From Minisyncoccota bacterium (lineage in GTDB: Bacteria > Patescibacteriota > Minisyncoccia > Phycocordibacterales > UBA5272), in the NCBI GenBank assembly GCA_041651055.1, contig JBAZJW010000001.1, positions 536,506-600,505 on the forward strand: DNA of 64,000 nucleotides, written 5' to 3'. This document shows, piece after piece, positions 17,332 to 26,012 of the stretch. Numbering within the stretch: position 1 is the stretch's first letter; every line of letters begins with the position of its first letter. The notes beneath the pieces were generated by a model, which was not told where the DNA came from, made no database searches, and saw only the letters and a program-made list of their open reading frames with translations. Made by a program: the position numbers and the translations under genes.

Positions 17332-18423
17332 TTACCTGTTAAGGGGCATGAGGAGGTATGTAAAACTTACATCCTCCTTACTTCTGATAAACATCGGGCG
17401 ATTCGAGGTGGTGAATAGGCATGTCACTGTCCCTCCCACAAGCTTAGGAAGAACTTCAAGGAAGTATTTATTATTATATTTAACTTCTATATCCTCCCCT
17501 TCTTTTTTGATTGGCACGGTGTGTGTCACTTGTCCTACTGATTCATTTTTACTATGAAGGGTTAGTTTTTCTCCTGTGAAAATACATTCCACTTGAGAAT
17601 ACTGTTCATTAAAAAATGTAGTGAGCGTGAGAGCTTTTTGAAGATCTTCTTTTATGAGTGTGACGGTGGTCGTAAACTCTTTTGGAAACAATTGCTGATA
17701 ATCTGGAAACTGACCAGTTACGGTATGAATAGAAAGAGTAAGATTGTCTGACGAGAACGATAGAATGCTTTCGTTAAGAGAGAGTGTAAGCAACCCCTCT
17801 TCTTCGTTTAAAATCTGTAACATATCTCCGATATGTTTTTGAGGAATAAGAAGAGAACAGTCTAATCCACTTTCGTTTGGAATTGTTTTTTCTGCAAGGC
17901 GATAGGAGTCCGTCGCGACAGCATAAATAAAATTATTTTTTGTATATAGATAAAGAGAAGCGATTTCTGGTTTTATTTCTGTAGTAGCTGCACAGAAAGA
18001 AACTTCTTTACAAAGAAGTGTGAGAGACTCTTTTGAGAGAGTTCCAATGGTCTCACCTTGCGCTGGAAGCGTCGGAAAGTCCTCATACGGTGTTGTTTTT
18101 ATTTCGATGACACCTTTGTCGGTAGTGATAGAGAACACCCCTTCATGGACCTCACAGACGAGCGTCGTATCATTTGATTGAAAGGTAGAGAGAATACGGA
18201 GGAATGTTTCTCCTTGTAAAATACATGTACCGTTCGTGAGACCTTTTACAGAAATACTTTTTTCACAAAACAATTCTAGATTGGTCGCACGAAGTGTAAG
18301 AAGATGAGTATCTAATTCTAAGTGAATGTCTTGAAGGTAACTTTGAGATTGTTGTTTACTACGAGCACGAGCTACTTGCTGTACTGCTTTAATGAACACT
18401 TCTCCTTTGCATTCGAATTTCAT
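17332..18423 (-). CDS. dnaN: DNA polymerase III beta sliding clamp.
   Basis: 363 aa; three-domain length; directly downstream of dnaA. Confidence 0.88.
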   Translation of the reverse strand: MKFECKGEVFIKAVQQVARARSKQQSQSYLQDIHLELDTHLLTLRATNLELFCEKSISVKGLTNGTCILQGETFLRILSTFQSNDTTLVCEVHEGVFSITTDKGVIEIKTTPYEDFPTLPAQGETIGTLSKESLTLLCKEVSFCAATTEIKPEIASLYLYTKNNFIYAVATDSYRLAEKTIPNESGLDCSLLIPQKHIGDMLQILNEEEGLLTLSLNESILSFSSDNLTLSIHTVTGQFPDYQQLFPKEFTTTVTLIKEDLQKALTLTTFFNEQYSQVECIFTGEKLTLHSKNESVGQVTHTVPIKKEGEDIEVKYNNKYFLEVLPKLVGGTVTCLFTTSNRPMFIRSKEDVSFTYLLMPLNR

Positions 18424-18626
18424 AGTACTTAGTATATATAAAATATAATACTAAGTATAGGTCTGTGGATGGTGTGAACTTCCAGAAATCACTTTGTAAA
18501 TTAAAGGGATTTCTGGAAAAATAAATAAACAACAAACGAAAGATGTTACATGAGTTTGTGTACAAGAACAAAGAAACATTCTTAGAGTGAGGATAGTGAG
18601 GTCTTTATCCAAAGGTTGTTCATTGT

Positions 18627-18647
18627 TTATCCACAAAGTTTTCCACA
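18627..18647. promoter_or_regulatory. Two tandem DnaA boxes (TTATCCACA and TTTTCCACA) in the dnaA-dnaN intergenic region; candidate oriC.
   Basis: TGTTTATCCACAAAGTTTTCCACAGAGG read directly. A third near-box TTTATCCAA lies at about 18604. Confidence 0.7.
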
Positions 18648-18699
18648 GAGGGGTAGATATTAGATGTTAGGGGCTAATCTCGGGTTATCTAACATCTAA

Positions 18700-20037
18700 C
18701 TAAACCAACATTGCTCGGATGTCTTCAATCTCACGACTTAGTTGTGGATTATCTTTTAGTATTCCTTTTATTTTTTCGTATGAGTGAATTACCGTTGTAT
18801 GATCACGACCACCTAATCTGTCCCCTATCATTGGATAAGAAATATCAAAATCTTCTCGTAAAATATACATAACTATTTGTCGTGGCTTAACAACATCTTT
18901 GCGACGAGTTTTGTTGTAGATATAAACGTCAGGAATATGATAGTAATCCGCAATCATTTTTACGATTTCAGGAATAGAAATACTTTTCTTTGCGCGCACA
19001 CTATTCTTGAGAAGGTTTTTTACATCAAGCAACGTGATTGCTTGATTCTTTATTTGTATATGACCAAGAATAGAAGTCATAACTCCTTCTAGCTCACGGA
19101 TATTCCCAGAAACTGTCTCAGCAATGAATTCAAGAACTTCAAAAGGAATCTTTTCTCTATAATCTTTTGTTTTTGATTGCAAAATAGCGAGACGTGATTC
19201 CACAGAAGGAATGTTCACATCAACTATCATTCCTTGATTGAAACGTGAACGTAGACGGTCTTCTAGTCCAATGATGAGATTTGGATGTTTATCAGAAGAA
19301 AAGATAATTTGCTTATTCATTTCATAAAGAGAGTTGAAAAGATGAAAGAGTTCATCTTGTGTTCTTTCTTTTCCGTTAATGAATTGTATATCGTCCATAA
19401 TAAAGACATCATACTTTCTATATTTTTCTTTAAAGCTATTTATTTTATTTAGATTCGTCGCATTCACATAGTCCATATAGAACTTTTCAAGCGATGTATA
19501 AAAAACCTTTCGGTCTGGATACTTTTTCTTTACAGTATTTCCGATGGCCTGCATCATGTGTGTTTTTCCTAATCCTGTATTTCCGTATACAAAGAGTGGA
19601 TTATAGACAATACCGAGATTATTGATTACTGCTTGAGAACACGCATACGCAACTTCATTAAATGATCCAACAATAAAAGTGTCGAAGGTGTACCGTGGGT
19701 TAAGTCCATCATCTTTGTTGATATATAAATCTTGAAGAGGAAGAGGTTGTCCTGTTATAGCAATATTCTGAGCTTTCTTTTGTAATGTTTCTGGTTTTAC
19801 AACAGCGAACACAACAGAGCGTACCCCTTCATGAATTGTACGAAGAATACGAAGAATAAATTTGTGATACTTTTGATTGAGCCAATCTTTTACGAACTCG
19901 TTAGGAACACCAATAGTCACCTCCCCCTCTTTGTAATCAATGATGCGTGTATTTTTAAACCACGTATTGAAGTTAACCCGAGATAGCTCTATCTCGATTT
20001 GAGACAAGGCACTATTCCAAAGTTGTTGGTAATCCAT
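18700..20037 (-). CDS. dnaA: Chromosomal replication initiator DnaA.
   Basis: Walker A GNTGLGKTHMM, sensor and box VII motifs, C-terminal HTH (DRLGGRDHTTVIHSYEKI). Start taken at MDYQQLWNSALSQ; the track's upstream start adds 25 aa. Confidence 0.93.
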   Translation of the reverse strand: MDYQQLWNSALSQIEIELSRVNFNTWFKNTRIIDYKEGEVTIGVPNEFVKDWLNQKYHKFILRILRTIHEGVRSVVFAVVKPETLQKKAQNIAITGQPLPLQDLYINKDDGLNPRYTFDTFIVGSFNEVAYACSQAVINNLGIVYNPLFVYGNTGLGKTHMMQAIGNTVKKKYPDRKVFYTSLEKFYMDYVNATNLNKINSFKEKYRKYDVFIMDDIQFINGKERTQDELFHLFNSLYEMNKQIIFSSDKHPNLIIGLEDRLRSRFNQGMIVDVNIPSVESRLAILQSKTKDYREKIPFEVLEFIAETVSGNIRELEGVMTSILGHIQIKNQAITLLDVKNLLKNSVRAKKSISIPEIVKMIADYYHIPDVYIYNKTRRKDVVKPRQIVMYILREDFDISYPMIGDRLGGRDHTTVIHSYEKIKGILKDNPQLSREIEDIRAMLV

Positions 20038-20269
20038 AATTGTCTGTAGTATACACTCGTCACACACGAGAGCAACTTGACGGAAAGGTAAACAGTAAGC
20101 ATTTAGAAACATATAACATGTTTATTTAAATTTTTAATTTTAAATTTTTAATTTTTAAAAAAATACTAAAAAAGAGAAGAATTCTCTCTTTATTTTTTTG
20201 AAATTTGTTTAATGAAAACTAAAATCGAGCCTATTGATTTTCTTCGTTTTTTGATGTAGAATAGCCTCC

Positions 20270-20404
20270 ATGTCTATAACATATAATCCAAAGCGAAAGA
20301 AGCGTGGAACAACGCACGGATTCCTCGTCCGTATGGCTACAAAAGATGGACGCAGAGTGATTGCACGTCGCCGATCAATCGGACGTAAGAAGCTTTCTGT
20401 TTAA
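20270..20404 (+). CDS. rpmH: 50S ribosomal protein L34.
   Basis: 44 aa [44 protein letters not shown]; not in the ORF track; classic position upstream of rnpA. Confidence 0.9.
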   Translation: MSITYNPKRKKRGTTHGFLVRMATKDGRRVIARRRSIGRKKLSV

Positions 20405-20415
20405 TCTGTATCTAT

Positions 20416-20727
20416 ATGCTTCCGAAATCGGAACGCCTCACAAAACAAGACTTTACAACCTTTAGACCAAAAGGTATGTTTCGTGGCACCTATGTTGATA
20501 TTGCCTCTACCCCTTCCCCCTCCTCTAAATTTTCTTGTGTCATTGCAAAAAAAAGAATTAAACGTGCCGTTGATCGAAATCGTGTAAGTCGAAAAGTCTA
20601 TGCGATTCTTGAAGAAGTAAAACCCTCAACCCCTCGTCTCATTGTTGTTTATCCAAAGGTTTCCGTTCTTACGGGAAATAAAAATCTCATACAAGAGGAA
20701 ATACGTGCCGCATTTGCTACACTATAA
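20416..20727 (+). CDS. rnpA: RNase P protein component.
   Basis: 103 aa, basic; rpmH-rnpA-yidC synteny. Confidence 0.8.
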   Translation: MLPKSERLTKQDFTTFRPKGMFRGTYVDIASTPSPSSKFSCVIAKKRIKRAVDRNRVSRKVYAILEEVKPSTPRLIVVYPKVSVLTGNKNLIQEEIRAAFATL

Positions 20728-20732
20728 CAACT

Positions 20733-21449
20733 ATGTTCCACACATTCTTTTACGAACCGGTTTACAACCTTCTTGTTGCTGTTCTCACCTATACGCCACT
20801 TCATGATATTGGTGCGGCTATTGTTATTGTGACTCTTCTTGTGAAAGGACTTCTTCTTCCTCTTAATCTTTCCGCACTTCGTAGTCAATATGTAATGAAG
20901 CGTCTTGAACCAGAAATGAATAAGATTAAAGAGCTTCAAAAGATAAACCCACACGATGCTTCAAAACAAATGGTGGAACTTTACAAACGTGAAAAGATAA
21001 ATCCTTTCGCGAGTCTCTTCGTTGTGGTTATTCAAATTCCAGTATTCTTTGCCCTTTACTTCGTGTTTTCAAAAGGGCTTCACAATGACCCTTCTTCCCT
21101 TTATTCCTTTTTTACCTTCCCTGAAACTCTACACACGAATGCCTTTGGTTTATTTGATGTAACAAAAAAGAATATTGTTGTAGCGATATTAGCAGGTATA
21201 TCATCATATTTTCTTGCCCGAAGACAAACTGCAACAATGGTTTCAAAAAAAGAAGCACATGAAGAAAATTTTCAAGATCAGTTTATGAAGTCAATGAAGA
21301 TTCAACTTCTCTATGTTCTTCCTGTTATTATTGCGGTGTCTGCAGCAGTGCTCCCTTCTGCCCTTGCCCTCTATTGGTTCATTAGTAACTTGGTTGGCTA
21401 CGCGCAAGACGTCTATATGAAAAATAAGCTTGCACACTTGCAATCGTAA
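20733..21449 (+). CDS. yidC: Membrane protein insertase YidC/Oxa1 (short form).
   Basis: 238 aa, 5 predicted TMs; synteny with rnpA. Confidence 0.8.
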   Translation: MFHTFFYEPVYNLLVAVLTYTPLHDIGAAIVIVTLLVKGLLLPLNLSALRSQYVMKRLEPEMNKIKELQKINPHDASKQMVELYKREKINPFASLFVVVIQIPVFFALYFVFSKGLHNDPSSLYSFFTFPETLHTNAFGLFDVTKKNIVVAILAGISSYFLARRQTATMVSKKEAHEENFQDQFMKSMKIQLLYVLPVIIAVSAAVLPSALALYWFISNLVGYAQDVYMKNKLAHLQS

Positions 21450-21660
21450 AGTTTTTTCTTACTTGGGAGAAGTAAAACCTCCTTTTAGATTCCAAATTTC
21501 TTTCTCCTAATTTAAAATCTCTTTTTCTTTTTCAAGTAACCCCTAAAACCAAACGATGTATCCGCCTGCTGGCGGATCATCTCACTCTCGCCTCGTCAAG
21601 CTCCGAGAGTTGGTTTGTAGGGGTTACTTGAGGGTGGTGAATACGGATGCGTATCAAACT

Positions 21661-21776
21661 ACTCCTCACCTAACCTTTTATATCAACTCACGGACCGCGA
21701 CGGCGGGAGTGGGAGGCAACTTTTCAGCAGAAAAGTATGTCGTTTGATATAAAGGGTTGAGGTGAAAAAAGAGAAA
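21661..21776 (+). repeat. Copy L of a 115-nt hairpin-forming repeat (inverted partner at 36108-36255).
   Basis: ACTCCTCACCTAACCTTTTATATCAACTCACGGACCGCGACGGCGGGAGTGGGAGGCAACTTTTCAGCAGAAAAGTATGTCGTTTGATATAAAGGGTTGAGGTGAAAAAAGAGAA. The ends form a stem of about 22 bp (CACCTAACCTTTTATATCAA / TTGATATAAAGGGTTGAGGTG). Confidence 0.8.
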
Positions 21777-21840
21777 ATTTGAATCTAAAAAAGAAACTTT
21801 GAATTTAGAAAAAAGAAAGAAGTTTGAGTCTATCAACTAT

Positions 21841-22827
21841 TTATAGTCCATTTAAAGAAGGATCGGAAAGACACGCATTTGCTTCGCAGGCATAATTTTT
21901 TACGAAGGTCATGTTTGTGGCGGAAGGTCCTGGATTAATTGGGCAGGCCCATTTTGGAATCGCACTTGTAAAGCCTGTAGAAGTATTACAATCAGCACTG
22001 GGATCATTTGAATTCATTCCAACTGTTCCGCAGCAGTTGTATGCCGCGAACACGCTTGCAGGAGCAGGAACATTGCCATAGGTTTGTGCTCCCATTTTCC
22101 CAGCCAATAGCTGTGCTCCTCGTGAGATGTTGGTTGCTGGGTCAAGAATAGAACCACTGCATGCACCAGGTTGGTTTATTTGCATGAGACCGCAGTCATG
22201 TGACTGGTTGTCATTCACATGATCAGCATTAACATCTAAAGAGCGATTCTCTTTACATAAAAGAACAATAAGCATCTTTACGTCGACCCCATTATTTGCG
22301 GCTGCTGTTTTTAGGAGGGGTAAATATCGAGTGTAATTACAACCACTAAGAGCACTGCATGTTGCTGCGCCACAAACATTTCCAGAACTAAGAGATGAAA
22401 GAGTGCTTTGGACAGTTGCTGCCGGCACCGCACCCGTCGCAGCCACCCCTCCCGTTCCCGCGGCCCCACCTGTTACCATCGCTCCCCCCTTCACTCCCTC
22501 CGTCTTTAATACCGCAAGCCCAACATCTCCATTAAGTAAATCCTTATTAAACGTATAGATAACAATAAACATAGAAAACACACCAAGTAATCCAACCGTT
22601 ACCCTTTTAAACTCTTCATTCGACATCTTTACATACTTCTCAGACGCAGCCATTCTCCATATACCTGCTAATGCATATCTATAAAAAGCAGCAGCTACAA
22701 TTGCCACAAACAACAACGTATACAAAAACTTAGACGTTGCAAGAAAAGACCCTGTAATCTGTGTAGTGGGAGACACAGCTGCTCCGGTGATTTGGGAGAC
22801 GATGGAGGGTTCGAGGTTTTGGTACAT
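21841..22827 (-). CDS. Membrane-anchored peptidoglycan lytic transglycosylase (2-TM N-module plus SLT-like domain; VirB1-like role).
   Basis: N-terminal two TM helices. C-terminal ENRSLDVNADHV...SHDCGLMQINQ resembles the SLT E...GLMQ catalytic motif. The 5' 320 bp is nearly identical to 24201-25031. Confidence 0.6.
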   Translation of the reverse strand: MYQNLEPSIVSQITGAAVSPTTQITGSFLATSKFLYTLLFVAIVAAAFYRYALAGIWRMAASEKYVKMSNEEFKRVTVGLLGVFSMFIVIYTFNKDLLNGDVGLAVLKTEGVKGGAMVTGGAAGTGGVAATGAVPAATVQSTLSSLSSGNVCGAATCSALSGCNYTRYLPLLKTAAANNGVDVKMLIVLLCKENRSLDVNADHVNDNQSHDCGLMQINQPGACSGSILDPATNISRGAQLLAGKMGAQTYGNVPAPASVFAAYNCCGTVGMNSNDPSADCNTSTGFTSAIPKWACPINPGPSATNMTFVKNYACEANACLSDPSLNGL

Positions 22828-22829
22828 AG

Positions 22830-24146
22830 TTATTCAACGCTAATGAGATTCGTTCGAAGTAACCACAGAGAACCGTTTTGTTTTTGAATAAATCCCATAG
22901 AAACATTGTCTGGAGAAAGAACAGGGTTAGTTATATCCATTTCCCCATCTGATTCATTGAATGAATATAAAGGGTATGTGGCTCCTGATGTCGTATCAAC
23001 AATTTTTAATGTATCGGTGAAGTGCGTTCTTCCTTGGAACCAATCATCAGGCAGGCCCTCTTCGGCAATCGGTATCATAACGGGAACGGCACATAGAAGA
23101 AAATCTCTAACACCCCAGACACATTTCGAAGCAAGTGTTGGAGAAGAAAGGACTATTTCTTTTTGTGATTGAGAAATAAAAGCAACAAGACCTCTGTCTG
23201 TCCACACACTACTTAAAAAAGTTCCTTTCTCTCCAGGATTACTCATGAGTCCAGTCTTATCACCAGTGCGATACTCAAAAGAAGGAAGAGAAACAGTCAT
23301 TCCTAAAACATAAGCTGAAGGATTGCTTGTAGCATAGAGCGTGTCTCCACCATATGAAAGAGACCATTCTTTGAAAGGAGATGTTGAGACCAAGCCTCCT
23401 CCTTTTGCTGTAATGGTATAGATGGCACTTCCGTTTGTCGATGGGACAAGATAAGAAAGAAGTGTTCCTTTTTTATTGGTGGCAATTGAGGTTATTCCAA
23501 GAGGAAGTGATGTCATTTTTGTAAGTGACTGAGGGCTTCCGTTTGGAAGAGAGTTCGGAATTATTGCTAGTACTGTTGTTATGACTTGCTTGTCTTGGTC
23601 GAAAGAACGTATGGCAACGCGTGTCCCATTTTCAAAAATGTATGCATCATGAACTCCCAAGACTGTGGTGTTGGTTACCTGTCTAGTTACTCCTTCTTTT
23701 AGATCTTGCTCATAAATATATCCTGTCGCCCTATCGACAAACATGAATATGGTTGAAGTTGCTCTAATCGTCTTCTTTACCATAAGAGGTGTAGTTGTTC
23801 CTTTTGTTGTCGTTGTAGAAAACACATCAAGAAGTATTTGTCGTGTCACAAAAGTCTGTCCTGTTGCTGGTTTGTCCCACACTTTAGTTAAAGCTTGGAG
23901 AGTGGTCGGTACAGACGTTGTCCCTGTTGTTTGGTTTGATCCCGTAGATGCATTGTTAGTATCAGGACCCCCTCCTCCAAAAATAAATTGAAAACCCTTC
24001 GTTAAAGGAGAGGTCGGAAGTGAATTTGTTGGTTTCGCAAGCGAGGGTGTTATGGCCGGTGTTACATAAACGAAATACCACACAAGAATGACAATAGAAA
24101 AAAGAAGAACGAGTCCGACGATAAAAAGTAAACGACGATTATTCAT
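22830..24146 (-). CDS. N-terminally anchored extracytoplasmic protein of unknown function.
   Basis: 438 aa; single N-terminal TM then Thr/Ser-rich linker. Confidence 0.5.
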   Translation of the reverse strand: MNNRRLLFIVGLVLLFSIVILVWYFVYVTPAITPSLAKPTNSLPTSPLTKGFQFIFGGGGPDTNNASTGSNQTTGTTSVPTTLQALTKVWDKPATGQTFVTRQILLDVFSTTTTKGTTTPLMVKKTIRATSTIFMFVDRATGYIYEQDLKEGVTRQVTNTTVLGVHDAYIFENGTRVAIRSFDQDKQVITTVLAIIPNSLPNGSPQSLTKMTSLPLGITSIATNKKGTLLSYLVPSTNGSAIYTITAKGGGLVSTSPFKEWSLSYGGDTLYATSNPSAYVLGMTVSLPSFEYRTGDKTGLMSNPGEKGTFLSSVWTDRGLVAFISQSQKEIVLSSPTLASKCVWGVRDFLLCAVPVMIPIAEEGLPDDWFQGRTHFTDTLKIVDTTSGATYPLYSFNESDGEMDITNPVLSPDNVSMGFIQKQNGSLWLLRTNLISVE

Positions 24147-24200
24147 ACAGAAAGTATAGCATCCTCTTCTGCAAGAGGATGGGTTAAAAAAGTTTTATTA

Positions 24201-25031
24201 CTAGTGTCCACTAAATGAAACATGAAAGTGTTCCGTTGTTGTTAAGGAATCACACCCTGGAGATTCGTCCCAGAATTTAAATCCTCCCCAGGCATACCGT
24301 ATATCACACCCTGTCATCGATCCTGCTGCTGTACCATTTGTTTTAATAAAATTTAAAAGACCAGAAGACAGACTCAAATCCACAGCTTCTTTCCCTACTC
24401 CGTGATTAGAGTTAGCGCTGTGAGGTTCTGTTCCTCCTGTTATGAGAAGGCTGCAGGTTGGACAGGCTGTCCTTAGCTTTTGAAGCATAGTAATGGTTGC
24501 TGGGTTAAGGCCAGCCACATTTGTACACCCTGTGGTTTGTGCTCCAGAACAAGGGTCGTGGTTGATGGATATCCCCGCTAATTGTGCACGAACATCGGCT
24601 TCTGAAGTGCTCGCCCCTGCCGGTACCGCACCCGTTGCCCCAGTCGCCCCTCCTCCACCAAAAACTACAGCCCCTCCACTCACCCCCTCCGTCTTTAATA
24701 CCGCAAGCCCAACATCTCCATTAAGTAAATCCTTATTAAACGTATAGATAACAATAAACATAGAAAACACACCAAGTAATCCAACCGTTACCCTTTTAAA
24801 CTCTTCATTCGACATCTTTACATACTTCTCAGACGCAGCCATTCTCCATATACCTGCTAATGCATATCTATAAAAAGCAGCAGCTACAATTGCCACAAAC
24901 AACAACGTATACAAAAACTTAGACGTTGCAAGAAAAGACCCTGTAATCTGTGTAGTGGGAGACACAGCTGCTCCGGTGATTTGGGAGACGATGGAGGGTT
25001 CGAGGTTGGAATATGATACAGAGGATGCCAT
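24201..25031 (-). CDS. Membrane-anchored peptidase M15-like peptidoglycan hydrolase (same 2-TM N-module as 21841-22827).
   Basis: C-terminal LITGGTEPHSANSNHGVGKEAVDLS and TTEHFHVSF resemble the M15/VanY zinc-binding motifs (SxHxxGxAxD ... EpWH). Confidence 0.55.
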   Translation of the reverse strand: MASSVSYSNLEPSIVSQITGAAVSPTTQITGSFLATSKFLYTLLFVAIVAAAFYRYALAGIWRMAASEKYVKMSNEEFKRVTVGLLGVFSMFIVIYTFNKDLLNGDVGLAVLKTEGVSGGAVVFGGGGATGATGAVPAGASTSEADVRAQLAGISINHDPCSGAQTTGCTNVAGLNPATITMLQKLRTACPTCSLLITGGTEPHSANSNHGVGKEAVDLSLSSGLLNFIKTNGTAAGSMTGCDIRYAWGGFKFWDESPGCDSLTTTEHFHVSFSGH

Positions 25032-25037
25032 GGATGA

Positions 25038-26012
25038 CTATTGTTTACGAGTATCAAACACAAGATCAATATCAACCTGTGCTTTTTGTAATCTCCTTAC
25101 ACTGTTGTCGACACTGATAGAAAGAGGTCGAGATCCGTAGCTATCTTTCTTTGGTGAAAGTGAAAGAAGTGTCCCTCCTATTGGGGTGATAGGCATACCG
25201 TCTAGTGACCAGTCATATGAAACAGTAGATCCGAGAGATCCTCGAGATGAAAGGAAGAAAGGAACAAGACTTAATGTAAAATCTTTTGTTGTTTCAAATC
25301 GTCGAGTGATAAGGTTTGTAAAATCTGTCCCCAAAACAGCATCATACGTATAAAGAAGAGGCATTACTTTGTGTGGATATATCTCTATGGTGTTTTCTGC
25401 TTTTGTACCATAGGGTGCCGTTGCTATAACTTTTACGGTTGTTGAATCTCTTACATACTCAAGAGGAATGGGTACGGATTGTTTTCCTGCTCCGGAAAGA
25501 GATTCGAGCAGTTCGTCGTTTGCATACCATGTATATGAAATAAGATCTGCCGGAACTTTCTTTCCATTCTCACTCATTGCGGGAATAGCGGAAACACGCG
25601 CTGTTGACCCTTCGCTTCCAAGAGACCTCCCCTCATAAAAAGGAGGAACATATCCTTCGGAGGATTCGTAGAGAAGAGAGACAGATTCAGGAACAAGGCT
25701 TACAGAGGCTTCGAGCGTTGTGCCATTTGCGGTGACTGCTTTCGCACGAAGAGGTAACACTTCACCAGAAGCACCTGTTCGCACGGTTATTTCTTTTTTA
25801 CCAAAACCTGAAAGAATTTGTTTTGTTCCAGAATACCAGGTGATCATCGCAGTAGAAACGTTAAATGAATAACTTGAAAGGGTGAGTGTTACAGAAGAAT
25901 ACGGTGCTGGGCTCGTAGGATTTATATCGATGGTGCCATCTACACTTGACGCAGACGCCACAAAAGGCGTTGTTAAAAAAAGAACAGTTAAAAAGATGTG
26001 GGTTATTTTCAT
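25038..26012 (-). CDS. Secreted protein of unknown function.
   Basis: 324 aa with signal peptide MKITHIFLTVLFLTTPFVASA. Confidence 0.5.
   Translation of the reverse strand: MKITHIFLTVLFLTTPFVASASSVDGTIDINPTSPAPYSSVTLTLSSYSFNVSTAMITWYSGTKQILSGFGKKEITVRTGASGEVLPLRAKAVTANGTTLEASVSLVPESVSLLYESSEGYVPPFYEGRSLGSEGSTARVSAIPAMSENGKKVPADLISYTWYANDELLESLSGAGKQSVPIPLEYVRDSTTVKVIATAPYGTKAENTIEIYPHKVMPLLYTYDAVLGTDFTNLITRRFETTKDFTLSLVPFFLSSRGSLGSTVSYDWSLDGMPITPIGGTLLSLSPKKDSYGSRPLSISVDNSVRRLQKAQVDIDLVFDTRKQ

Noticed and set aside
18700-20112. Track's longer dnaA start (MFLNAYCL...)
   Set aside because: The conserved DnaA N-terminus begins at MDYQQLWNSALSQ (ATG 20037); the upstream 25 aa are unconserved leader.
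21556-21747. 63-aa ORF (and 36225-36461, 36247-36477)
   Set aside because: Translations of the L/R hairpin repeat element and the adjacent terminator; no coding signal.
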